A DNA stretch of 64,000 nt from positions 36,153 to 100,152 of the forward strand of contig JBKHBN010000002.1 of assembly GCA_046542355.1 (NCBI GenBank). Direction: 5' to 3'. Positions 43,631-53,006 of the stretch are shown one piece after another (the first letter of the stretch is position 1; every line of letters starts with the position of its first letter). Made by a program: the position numbers and the translations under genes. This stretch comes from Alphaproteobacteria bacterium. Its GTDB lineage: Bacteria; Pseudomonadota; Alphaproteobacteria; Micavibrionales; Micavibrionaceae. The notes beneath the pieces were generated by a model that made no database searches, was not told the DNA's origin, and saw only the letters and a program-made list of their open reading frames with translations.

Positions 43631-45784
43631 CTATTTGCTTTTTTGGCCTTCTTTCCACCATAGCAATAAAAGAGCCAGCAACAATAATCCCAGACTGAGC
43701 CATTCATTAAGAAGAGCAATATCACGCACGCGAGCCACAGTAAAATCCTCATTGCGCCTTAAAGAAAGCCAGCTATTTCCACCATAACGCCGTGCAGAGT
43801 TTCTCATTCCCACATCGGGGCGCGGCGTTTCATGTAGCCATATAGGCGCTCCCCCTGTAGCCTTGATCAGAGGATCCATCGCCTCACTGCTGGTCACAAC
43901 ATCATCCAGCTCAGGCGCATTGAGATCACCGACAATAGCAAATTTGCGCAAGCCTTGAACGTCTTCAAAAGCATAAATGCCAAGACCGCCCGCTTGCATG
44001 GTATGGTGCAACATCCCGCGTTCATCCCCTCCGCTCTCAAGCGTCAAAAGCTCAACCTCTCCATCTGGCGATTGTACGGAGATGGTTTCTTCATCCCTGC
44101 CAAAAGCAGGCTTTTGCACAGTGATTTGATCCTTATTGACAATAACCTCAAAAGCCTGCTCATCAAGCTCCGGCTCCTTCATTAGCCAGTGCACGATACG
44201 CCTGAGCAATTCTGCATGTGGTCCCCCGCCATCATAACCACGCGACCACAGCCATATATGATCGCTGGAAAGCTGAGCAACGCGTCCTTTATCAACACGA
44301 TCAAGAATAAGCAAAGGTTTGTCCTGAGCGGGGTCAGCTTGCGCCCCGGCGCTCATAAGGACATCTCCGCGATTGGCGGTGATATCGATATAGCGCAGCC
44401 AGTCGCCCCAAGGCTTTTCGTGCGTATCGTCCGGCTCATTAACGCGGCCATTCCACACCAGTGAGCGCGTCACTGGATGTTTGTGCCCCAGTGCGGTAAC
44501 AGAGGGCGTGAAGGCCTCCTGCGTAATATGCCTCGTGGGGGCTCCTGGTAAAATGCTGCGCAGCGGTGTGTTATAGATCGATCCGCTTTGTGCAAAAGCA
44601 GGCCCGTTAGCACTAAGGAATGCGCCGCCCATGCGCACATAACGCACAATATTGTGGAAATAAAGCTCTGGAAGAATATTATTGACGCGATACTGGTCAA
44701 AAATAATCAGATCAAAGTCATATAATTTCCTGTTAAACAGCTCATCAAATGGAAACGCAATCAAGGAGAGTTCGTCTCGCGGGGTATAATCAAACTTCTG
44801 CGGCTCGCGTAAAATCGTAAAATGTACCAGATCGACGCCGGGATCGGAGGTAAGCAAATCCCGCCACGTACGCTCACCGGAATGCGGAATACCGGAAATA
44901 AGCAAAACCTTTAACCGGTCACGCACACCATTGACAACAAGAGCGCTCTTGTTATTGGCAAGTGTCACCTCATCGGCAACCCCGTCAACCGAAAGCGTAA
45001 AAACATTTTGCCCCGCATGGGAAATAGGCAGATCCAACCGTTGTTCCTCTCCCACCGGAATATAAAAACTGCGCCGCGTGCCATCATGAAGCTCTAAAGT
45101 AACATGCGCCTCGCTCTGCGATATATTCTGTGTATCCTCAACATGGTAGGTCACGGAAATGTCCTGCCCGACCAGACCATAAGCCGAGGCGTTCGTCACA
45201 ACAATGCGCCGATCCCGCTCATCTTTCTTGCCGGTAAGAAGAAGGTGAACCGGCCCATAAAGCTCTTTGCTATGGTCGATGTTTTGCGGCACATCATGAA
45301 TTTGCCCATCACTAATCACAATAACACCGGCGCGGCGCCTGGATGGAACATCGGCCATAGCCTGATCGAGCGCCTGGAACAGATCTGTGCGTGCGCGCAA
45401 AGCCCCATCAACCGGAGCGCGAACCTCTCTGATTTCAAGATTGTTAATCTCTTCAAGTGCAGAACGAATATAGGAAAGCGCTTCATCTGTGACACGCGCG
45501 CGATCTCCAAAATCTTGCGAGGCACTTTGGTCAACCAATATAGCGGCGACATCTGTCGTATAACTGCGCTCTGTCCTGAGCAATGAGGGGTTGGCCAGAA
45601 CCAGAGCAAAGAGGGCAAAAACAATAGCGCGCCAAACAAGCGCCCGTCGATAGCAAAAAACAGATAAGCCCACGAGCAAAACGCAAGCCATAAACAAAGG
45701 CGCAAGCCACGGCCACTCCAGCTGCGGTGTAAAATGCAGTGAGTTCGCAAGCTCGGCATGTGGAGAAAGATCGTCGCTCATCAT
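43631..45784 (-). CDS. Membrane protein, last gene of the MoxR/DUF58/BatA_N operon
   Basis: 717 aa with N- and C-terminal TM helices. The start overlaps the upstream gene stop (45781-45784). Its position matches the fourth gene of the conserved alphaproteobacterial cluster. Confidence 0.5.
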   Translation of the reverse strand: MMSDDLSPHAELANSLHFTPQLEWPWLAPLFMACVLLVGLSVFCYRRALVWRAIVFALFALVLANPSLLRTERSYTTDVAAILVDQSASQDFGDRARVTDEALSYIRSALEEINNLEIREVRAPVDGALRARTDLFQALDQAMADVPSRRRAGVIVISDGQIHDVPQNIDHSKELYGPVHLLLTGKKDERDRRIVVTNASAYGLVGQDISVTYHVEDTQNISQSEAHVTLELHDGTRRSFYIPVGEEQRLDLPISHAGQNVFTLSVDGVADEVTLANNKSALVVNGVRDRLKVLLISGIPHSGERTWRDLLTSDPGVDLVHFTILREPQKFDYTPRDELSLIAFPFDELFNRKLYDFDLIIFDQYRVNNILPELYFHNIVRYVRMGGAFLSANGPAFAQSGSIYNTPLRSILPGAPTRHITQEAFTPSVTALGHKHPVTRSLVWNGRVNEPDDTHEKPWGDWLRYIDITANRGDVLMSAGAQADPAQDKPLLILDRVDKGRVAQLSSDHIWLWSRGYDGGGPHAELLRRIVHWLMKEPELDEQAFEVIVNKDQITVQKPAFGRDEETISVQSPDGEVELLTLESGGDERGMLHHTMQAGGLGIYAFEDVQGLRKFAIVGDLNAPELDDVVTSSEAMDPLIKATGGAPIWLHETPRPDVGMRNSARRYGGNSWLSLRRNEDFTVARVRDIALLNEWLSLGLLLLALLLLWWKEGQKSK

Positions 45785-48573
45785 CGTCCAAGCCTTTGTA
45801 AAATGTGGGGAATGTGAACCTGATCGGCTTTGTAATTGCCAGTCAGGGCATACATGATGACGTTAATCCCGACACGCAGGCTCATCTCACGCTGACGCCG
45901 GGAAGGGGGCGTTACCCTGCCCATATAGAGATTTGTATTTTGTTCGTCATAAGAATCCGCCCACGCCCCGATCCAGTCATTACTGGTAATAATAACGGAA
46001 GATACATTATCACGACCCGTAGCGCTGTGCCTTTCCATCCATAGCGTACCCTCACTGTAGCGCCCAGGATAATTATCCAGAAGATAAAAGGCTCGGCTCA
46101 AAACATGATCCTCGGCAATAGGCACAAGAGGTGGAATATCCAAAGAAGCGCTTACGCGGCGCAGGGCTTTGGCATTCTCGGTATTAATCATACTAAGCGT
46201 AGAACGGTTTTTATCACGCGTATCAAAAACGATTGTACCGCCATGATCGAGATAAAATTGAATATTTTCTAGCGCCGTGTCCGAATAGGCGGGTTGCCGG
46301 GGGCTTATAGGCCAGAAAATAATCGGGAAAAAGGCAAGTGTGTCATGTTCTGGATCAAGACCTGCCACGCCCGCCGGTTCCACGGAAGTTCTTTGCGTCA
46401 ATGCTTTGGATAGAGATTCAAGTCCTTTATGCGTAAGAGCATCGAGCTGCGAATCTCCTGTGCGGATATAGGCCAGATAAAACCCGCTGGCATATCGGAC
46501 ATCACGATCCTCATTGGCTCCGGAAGGTGATATAATACAAAACGTTGCAAAAATAATAATGATATGGGCAGAGCGCTTGCGTGGCAGAAGATGCAAGAGC
46601 CGCGTGCCCGCTCCAACCATAAAAACCATGATAAGCCAGTCGATACAAAACAGGCAGGCCGCTGCATAAAGAAAGAAAGGAGATAAATTGGTTTCATACC
46701 CTTGCGTATAATAATTTCGTGTAATACTGGACGGTAGAGATACAGGGCGCAATGCGGCCAACCCCTCACTTGCACCAAGATTCAAAGCAAATTGAGTTTG
46801 AGCATTCCCGTATAGACCCGGCGGGGTGAAGGGGGTAGGAACAAAATCTTTCAAATCTTGCGCTGTAACAGGCCGCACAGCACCGCTGGGCGATACAAGA
46901 TTGCCGTAGCCATCCATCACCAAAAGAGGGTCAAGGCTCTCAAAATCAAGGTCAACATTCACACTGTCTTGCCCGGCCAGCCGGATAATACGTCTGAGCA
47001 CCGAGACGTACAGCCCTGAAAGGGCAAAGTTTGACCAGTCCGTATTGGCGGTGGTGTGAATGAGAACAATAAGCCCTTGATCTTCTCGCGAGGCAGTAAT
47101 GAAGGGCGTTCCATCTGACAGGCGCGCCCACACTTTCTCACTGAGATCCTGCTCAGGCGTAGCCAGGACCTGTTGACGCACGTTGACATCGCTGGGCACT
47201 TCAAGACCGTAAAAGGGACTTCCTTCATCGAACGGGGCTATGCGCTGCGGTTTTTCCCATGATAAGGAACCGGAAAGTGAGCGCCCGCCCGAGCGTATCG
47301 TCACAGGTAAAAGAAAGGGGGCGTTGTTAACATCGGCAAGGTGAGGGCCGGAAAACCGTAATAGCAATCCGCCATCTTGAACCCATTGCTCCAGCGTATT
47401 GAGCGTCTGGGCAGGCATTGCGCCGGTATCGGGCATAATGATAATAGGAAGACCTTTATCAATAAGTTCTGCAACCTCTCCGAAATGAATAACCGCAAAT
47501 GGCTCCAGCGCCCGTTTGATATAATAAATATCATCGATTAAAGGCGCGCCGCTCTCAAACTGTGCGCTGCCAATAATGCCGATATTGCGTTTCTTGAAGT
47601 CATCATCCAGAAGAAACAACGCTCCGGCACCGCTGCGCCCGGCAATGCGAAAACGCGCCGCTTTGCTTTTAAGGTCATCAAGAATATCAAAAACAACGGT
47701 TTGCGGCAGGGAATCCGGTGTCAGTGTAATCGCCCGCGCATCAAGAACATCGCCATCACTCGAAAGAGCCTGCACCGAAACAGGCAATCCATCGGCAATA
47801 TCCCTTGGGGCATCGACATCAATACGAATACTGTCACCCCTGCGCAATTCCTCGCGCGTGAGCGCCTGTGTTGTTGGGCGAAGAAGAAGGGGCATATCTT
47901 TCGCCTGCGGCATATAAAAACGCAAGTCCCCATGATTTTGTATAGAGCCAAGAACATCACGGATACCACCTTCATCCAGCCCGTGAGAAAGCCAGATGCT
48001 GTGAATAGGGAGACCGCCCTGCACGTGTTTCGCGCTGATGGCTTCTTTCATATTCTCATAATCAGCCGGCCATGGATTGGGAGCCATGCCGCGCAAAATG
48101 GACATGGCCTGCCCATAGACCAAAGGCCCGTGCTGCGTAATTTTATCCTTTCCCAATGCAGGACTTGTCGGGAGAATATAGAGTTCGCGCCCTTCGCGTG
48201 AGGCCTGTGTCACAAGCTCTTCTGCTGTATTCATCAGCGTTTCCCAGTTTTGGGCGCTAGCCCAGCTATTATCGAGAATAATGCGGATATGGCCTTGGCC
48301 CTCAAGCGAGGAAGCCGGGTTGATCACAGGCTTTGCCAGTGCAACAATAATAAGCGCAGCGATCAAAAGGCGCAGCAAAAGCAACCACCACGGCGTATGG
48401 CTGGGCGTTTGTTCTTCGCTGACCAGATCTTTAAGAAACCGCGCAGCAGGAAAGAAAATAGTTTTAGGCGCAGGAGGCGTAATGCGCAGCAGATACCATA
48501 AAACAGGAAGTCCCGCCATAGCCGCCAGAACAATCGGTTGCATAAAGACAATCTGTGAGAGAAAACCAAACAT
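45781..48573 (-). CDS. BatA_N (aerotolerance N-terminal double-TM) / DUF4159-type protein
   Basis: MQPIVLAAMAGLPVLWYLLRITPPAPKTIFFPAARFL is the BatA_N/TIGR02226-type N-terminus. 930 aa. Its start codon shares one nucleotide (48573) with the stop codon of the DUF58 gene. Confidence 0.7.
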   Translation of the reverse strand: MFGFLSQIVFMQPIVLAAMAGLPVLWYLLRITPPAPKTIFFPAARFLKDLVSEEQTPSHTPWWLLLLRLLIAALIIVALAKPVINPASSLEGQGHIRIILDNSWASAQNWETLMNTAEELVTQASREGRELYILPTSPALGKDKITQHGPLVYGQAMSILRGMAPNPWPADYENMKEAISAKHVQGGLPIHSIWLSHGLDEGGIRDVLGSIQNHGDLRFYMPQAKDMPLLLRPTTQALTREELRRGDSIRIDVDAPRDIADGLPVSVQALSSDGDVLDARAITLTPDSLPQTVVFDILDDLKSKAARFRIAGRSGAGALFLLDDDFKKRNIGIIGSAQFESGAPLIDDIYYIKRALEPFAVIHFGEVAELIDKGLPIIIMPDTGAMPAQTLNTLEQWVQDGGLLLRFSGPHLADVNNAPFLLPVTIRSGGRSLSGSLSWEKPQRIAPFDEGSPFYGLEVPSDVNVRQQVLATPEQDLSEKVWARLSDGTPFITASREDQGLIVLIHTTANTDWSNFALSGLYVSVLRRIIRLAGQDSVNVDLDFESLDPLLVMDGYGNLVSPSGAVRPVTAQDLKDFVPTPFTPPGLYGNAQTQFALNLGASEGLAALRPVSLPSSITRNYYTQGYETNLSPFFLYAAACLFCIDWLIMVFMVGAGTRLLHLLPRKRSAHIIIIFATFCIISPSGANEDRDVRYASGFYLAYIRTGDSQLDALTHKGLESLSKALTQRTSVEPAGVAGLDPEHDTLAFFPIIFWPISPRQPAYSDTALENIQFYLDHGGTIVFDTRDKNRSTLSMINTENAKALRRVSASLDIPPLVPIAEDHVLSRAFYLLDNYPGRYSEGTLWMERHSATGRDNVSSVIITSNDWIGAWADSYDEQNTNLYMGRVTPPSRRQREMSLRVGINVIMYALTGNYKADQVHIPHILQRLGR

Positions 48574-49481
48574 TATAGTTGCACTCTCCCGCGTTCTGCA
48601 TCTTCCCGAATGGAAATGAGCGCTTCTGCAATATCACGATCCGTACGATAGAGGTGATAATGCCAGTTATAACGCAGACACAGCGCCTCAACGGATTTGA
48701 TGTGCTCTTCCATACGCATGCTGTAGCGTTTACGGACATCAATAATGTTATCAATGGTTTCCTCATCTTCGGGGCGAGTTCCTTTAAAGCGCACGCGCCC
48801 GGAGAATCCCAAATCGATCTCCGCAGGGTCAAGAACCTGAACAATAAGGGCATTGTGCGTTTGTTGAGCCAAAGACGCAAAACAGCTCTCGATTTGCTCA
48901 ATGGGAGAAAGAAAATCTCCAATACCGATAAAAATTGAATGGCGGGGCAAAAGATTTCCCTTTATATCAGGAAGTCCTGCATCCGCGGCAGGCGCCCCCC
49001 CGCGCTCTAGTAAATATTGGCCAAGACGCTCCATAGCAAGCTCGCCGCGGCCTGTGCGCCTTTGCCCGTAAACCCCGATTTGTTCGTATGATCGCCGTAA
49101 AACCAGCGCAAGAGCAAAGCTGAGAACCTGAGCATTTTCTTGTTTTGTATAAAGAAAAGCCCCTGGATTGGAACCAAAATTCATACCTTTGCCCCCACCG
49201 CACCAAAAAAAGATCTTGCGCGTAACAAGCCATTCTTTTTGTTTGATATAAATCTGGTCTCCCTTGGCAGACTGACGCCAGTCAATATCCTCTTTACGGT
49301 CTGTGGGGATATATTCACGAAACTGCCAGAAGTCATTTCCTGTCCCCGGCTTCCTGCGCGCATGTTCACCATGCAAGATGCTTTCGGCAATTTTTTGAGA
49401 ACGCATCATAAGGGCAGGGACAGACAAGGAAGCGCTCTCTGCGCGTCCGCGAAGTTTTTCTAATGCTGAGGCAATACCCAT
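48573..49481 (-). CDS. DUF58 domain protein
   Basis: GEHARRKPGTGNDFWQFREYIPTDRKEDIDWRQSAK is the DUF58 signature (G.g.eF...ReY..GDd.r.IdW..sar). Directly downstream of moxR. Confidence 0.75.
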   Translation of the reverse strand: MGIASALEKLRGRAESASLSVPALMMRSQKIAESILHGEHARRKPGTGNDFWQFREYIPTDRKEDIDWRQSAKGDQIYIKQKEWLVTRKIFFWCGGGKGMNFGSNPGAFLYTKQENAQVLSFALALVLRRSYEQIGVYGQRRTGRGELAMERLGQYLLERGGAPAADAGLPDIKGNLLPRHSIFIGIGDFLSPIEQIESCFASLAQQTHNALIVQVLDPAEIDLGFSGRVRFKGTRPEDEETIDNIIDVRKRYSMRMEEHIKSVEALCLRYNWHYHLYRTDRDIAEALISIREDAERGRVQL

Positions 49482-49529
49482 AACAATCCCGATGACTGGT
49501 TAAAAGATAAACGGCTCTACAAACACAGA

Positions 49530-50522
49530 TCACAAGCTCTGCGCGATATTGGTAATCAGATCGTCAATTTCAAGGCCTTGTGTACGGGCTTTGAAGTTCA
49601 AGGCCATGCGGTGACGCAAGACGGGAGCGGCAAGAGCCACCACATCGTCCTCGATTGGCGCGCTCCGCCCCTCAATCAGCGCACGAGCCCGCACTGCGAG
49701 CATAAGTCCCTGAGATCCGCGTGGCCCCGGTGCCCACGCCACAGAGTCATTGACGCGCTCATCGGTATCCACCCCCGGACGAAGGGCGCGTACCAGCGTC
49801 ACAATCATGGCAACAACGCCCTCTCCAACAGGCATGTCCCGAACCAGCCTTTGAATATTAAGCAGGTCATGCGCGCTCATAACAGCGCGTGGTTTGTAAG
49901 TTGTATTGGTTGTTGTATTTAAAATAATCTCTTTTTCTGCCTCGCAATCAGGGTAATCCACATTGACCTGCATCAAAAAGCGGTCAAGCTGCGCTTCGGG
50001 GAGGGGATAGGTTCCTTCTTGCTCAATCGGATTTTGTGTTGCCAGAACATGAAATGGCTCAGGCAGTCTGTGCGCCTGCCCTGCAATAGAAACTTCCTGT
50101 TCCTGCATAGCCTGAAGCAAGGCTGACTGCGTGCGCGGCGATGCACGGTTAATCTCGTCAGCCATAAAAAACTGGGTGAAGATCGGCCCTTTGATAAAAC
50201 GGAATGAGCGTTGTCCGCCCTTGTTTTCATCAAGCACTTCAGAGCCCAGAACATCCGCTGGCATAAGATCGGGCGTGCATTGTACGCGGCTGGACTCCAG
50301 CCCCAAAACGCGCGCCGTCGTTTCAACGAGCAAGGTTTTGGCCAGTCCCGGCACACCAATGAGCAATACATGCCCGCCAGCCAGAAGACTGGTGAGTGTT
50401 TGATCCACCACACGGTCTTGCCCAATGATAATTTTCGATATCTCATTTCGTGCATTTTGTATCTGTTCCAGACCTTGTGCAAAGACACTGGAAATATCTT
50501 TTTGAGCAGCGGCTCCAGCCAT
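49530..50522 (-). CDS. MoxR-family AAA+ ATPase
   Basis: Walker A GVPGLAKT, Walker B FFMADEINRASPRTQSALLQAMQE, and ATQNPIEQEGTYPLPEAQLDRF. Confidence 0.9.
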   Translation of the reverse strand: MAGAAAQKDISSVFAQGLEQIQNARNEISKIIIGQDRVVDQTLTSLLAGGHVLLIGVPGLAKTLLVETTARVLGLESSRVQCTPDLMPADVLGSEVLDENKGGQRSFRFIKGPIFTQFFMADEINRASPRTQSALLQAMQEQEVSIAGQAHRLPEPFHVLATQNPIEQEGTYPLPEAQLDRFLMQVNVDYPDCEAEKEIILNTTTNTTYKPRAVMSAHDLLNIQRLVRDMPVGEGVVAMIVTLVRALRPGVDTDERVNDSVAWAPGPRGSQGLMLAVRARALIEGRSAPIEDDVVALAAPVLRHRMALNFKARTQGLEIDDLITNIAQSL

Positions 50523-50641
50523 TATTTATGATCCTTTCATAATTCCCGTATAGAATATTCGTTCTGATTGACGCCAAGGCATAAGCAAAACATAAGAAAG
50601 CATGTCTTTACGCATCACATCGAAGACCACATAATAGACGG

Positions 50642-51883
50642 ATGACCCTAGAAGTAAAACACAAAATTCCTGTAAAAGAATGGATGAATACCGCCTTTAT
50701 CCATAAGGTTTTTACGACTCTGCAAGGCGCTCTCCCTCTGGATGAGCCACAGCTCCTTTTTGTGGGGGGGTGCGTGCGCAACGCCCTGCTGGGGAAAAAA
50801 GTGGATGATATTGATCTGGCAACGCCGCTAGAGCCGTACTCGGTAATGAAAATACTGGAAAAAGAGGGAGTGAAGGTCATTCCCACCGGCATTGATCACG
50901 GCACGGTAACGCTTGTCAATGAGGGAAAAAACATAGAGATAACCACACTGCGCCGTGATGATAAAACCGACGGCAGACATGCGCATGTATCCTTTACCGA
51001 TAATTGGCAGGAAGATGCCATGCGGCGTGACTTTACGCTAAATACTCTGTTGATGGATTTAGAAGGCAATATTTACGACCCGCTTGGCTGCGGCATTAAG
51101 GCCGCGCAGGAAAGAAAAATTGAATTTGTTGGTAATCCCGACGAGCGCATCGCCGAAGATTACTTGCGTATTTTGCGTTTTTTCAGATTCAATGCTTATT
51201 ACGGGCAGAGCGGTGAGAGTTATGACAGGAAGGGACTAAAAGCCTGTCAAAAGGGCGCAGAAGGTATAAAGATTCTATCCAAAGAACGCATAACGCAGGA
51301 ATTTTTTAAAATCCTGTTATCAGAAAAACCCCATGAGGTTCTGGAGGTTATGTTTGCCCATGACGTGCTCAAAGATTTGAAATGTGACAATTATAATGCG
51401 CAGCTTTTACAATCCCTGTGCAGTACTCAGGAGCGCTATCAGCAACAGGCTCTAAGCGCCCGCCTTCTCGTATTTCTAGCGCTGGATATTGAAAACATAA
51501 AAGCGCTCGGTGACTATATTCTCCTCCCAAAGGCGCTCTTAAAAGAAATAGCCGCCATTTCAAAAGCATTGAACCGTTTTGACCTCTCATGCGACTCAGC
51601 ATTGCGCGAGTGTCTCTACCATTTTGGCCGCGCGACCACTACGCAGGTCTTGATGATAGATCTGGCGCAAAATCGGGTCATGATTGCCAATGCGCCAGCG
51701 GCACTTGATATAATAAAAAACTGGACCATTCCTAAATTTCCGCTCAATGGCAAAGATCTGATCGCACAAGGCTTAAAAGAAGGCCCTGCATTGGGTAAAG
51801 AGCTAAAGCGTCTTGAAAAGCTTTGGATAAAAAACGGTTTTTCCATGGAAAATAGCGCCGCGTTAGAAGCTTTCAGGAAGTAA
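50642..51883 (+). CDS. cca: CCA tRNA nucleotidyltransferase / poly(A) polymerase family
   Basis: FVGGCVRNALLGKKVDDIDLAT...TGIDHGTVT...RRDFTLNTL. Confidence 0.85.
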   Translation: MTLEVKHKIPVKEWMNTAFIHKVFTTLQGALPLDEPQLLFVGGCVRNALLGKKVDDIDLATPLEPYSVMKILEKEGVKVIPTGIDHGTVTLVNEGKNIEITTLRRDDKTDGRHAHVSFTDNWQEDAMRRDFTLNTLLMDLEGNIYDPLGCGIKAAQERKIEFVGNPDERIAEDYLRILRFFRFNAYYGQSGESYDRKGLKACQKGAEGIKILSKERITQEFFKILLSEKPHEVLEVMFAHDVLKDLKCDNYNAQLLQSLCSTQERYQQQALSARLLVFLALDIENIKALGDYILLPKALLKEIAAISKALNRFDLSCDSALRECLYHFGRATTTQVLMIDLAQNRVMIANAPAALDIIKNWTIPKFPLNGKDLIAQGLKEGPALGKELKRLEKLWIKNGFSMENSAALEAFRK

Positions 51884-52324
51884 TCCCGTCTGGCGCAAGG
51901 CCTCTCCTAAAATCATCGAGGTAGCATTGACAACATTAAGAGAGCGCGCGCCTTGTGTCATCGGAACAAAGATGCGCCCATCAGCGCGCTCGTGAATAAA
52001 ATCAGGCACACCGGCGCTCTCGCGCCCTGCCAGAAGAATATCATCCGGCTCAAAAGCGAAGCGGTGATAGGGCACAGAGGCTTTGGTGGTCATAAGAATA
52101 ATGCGCGCTTTGCCATGACAGGAGTCATAAAACCGCTCCCATGAGCTATAGCGCATGATATTGGCTTGATCAAAATAATCCATCGCGCTTTTACGGATTT
52201 TGCGCTCATCCCACGCAAAACCGCAAGGCTCTATGACATCCATCCCCACGCCCATACAGGCGCAAAGGCGCATCATGGCACCGCAATTTTGCGGGATATC
52301 CGGTTGGTATAAAGCAATTCTCAC
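51863..52324 (-). CDS. trmL: tRNA (cytidine/uridine-2'-O)-methyltransferase TrmL (SpoU family)
   Basis: MRIALYQPDIPQNCGAMMRLCACMGVGMDVIEP...LLAGRESAGVP...MTQGARSLNVVNA. The 3' end overlaps the cca 3' end by 21 nt (convergent). Confidence 0.85.
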   Translation of the reverse strand: MRIALYQPDIPQNCGAMMRLCACMGVGMDVIEPCGFAWDERKIRKSAMDYFDQANIMRYSSWERFYDSCHGKARIILMTTKASVPYHRFAFEPDDILLAGRESAGVPDFIHERADGRIFVPMTQGARSLNVVNATSMILGEALRQTGLLPESF

Positions 52325-52337
52325 AGTCTGGATCTCC

Positions 52338-52350
52338 TAGATACTATCTA
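52338..52350. repeat. Palindrome TAGATAcTATCTA (two TAGATA ends abutted) in the trmL/petA divergent region
   Basis: A perfect 6-1-6 palindrome. A further AGATAGTGA lies at 52361-52369. It shares the outer hexamer of the TAGATAGTGTCG family. Confidence 0.5.
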
Positions 52351-52443
52351 ATATGAGGGCAGATAGTGATTTAAAAACGCAGGAAGATCAATTATAAAGT
52401 AAACGGAGCAAAACGGATCCTAAGGAAGAGCGTTAGTATCAAT

Positions 52444-52992
52444 ATGGATGAAAAAAAGACACAGGCAAAGAGCAAAGAGCTTTATTCACGTCGTGATTTT
52501 ATGCAACTTCTGGCTTTGTCTTTTGGTGGTGTCGGCGGGGGGCTGGCACTTTGGCCGTTTATTCATGCCCTTAACCCGCGCACTGAACAAGTTACAGATA
52601 CAAGCATAGAAGTTGATTTGGGCGATATCGCCCAAGGGCAAAGCAAAACGGTGATGTGGAAAGGAAAACCCGTTTTTATCCGCAAGCGTACACAAGAGGA
52701 AATTCAGGCTGCGCGCAGCGTTGATATAAAAACTCTGCCGCATAAACAAACCGATGAGGCGCGCGTACAGCGCCCTGAATGGCTTGTGGCTGTAGGGGTG
52801 TGTACGCATCTGGGCTGCGTCCCTGCAGGGCAGAAAGCGGCAGACAATAAGGGAGAGTTTGGCGGCTGGTTCTGCCAGTGCCACGGCTCGCATTTTGATA
52901 CATCAGGCCGCATCCGCAAAGGGCCTGCGCCCAAAAATCTGGTTGTACCGCCATACGAATTTATAAATGACACCAAAATAAAGATCGGGTAG
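52444..52992 (+). CDS. petA: Ubiquinol-cytochrome c reductase Rieske iron-sulfur subunit
   Basis: Tat signal SRRDFMQ and cluster boxes CTHLGCVP and CQCHGSHFD. Confidence 0.95.
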   Translation: MDEKKTQAKSKELYSRRDFMQLLALSFGGVGGGLALWPFIHALNPRTEQVTDTSIEVDLGDIAQGQSKTVMWKGKPVFIRKRTQEEIQAARSVDIKTLPHKQTDEARVQRPEWLVAVGVCTHLGCVPAGQKAADNKGEFGGWFCQCHGSHFDTSGRIRKGPAPKNLVVPPYEFINDTKIKIG

Positions 52993-53006
52993 GAAAAAAG
53001 AAAAAC

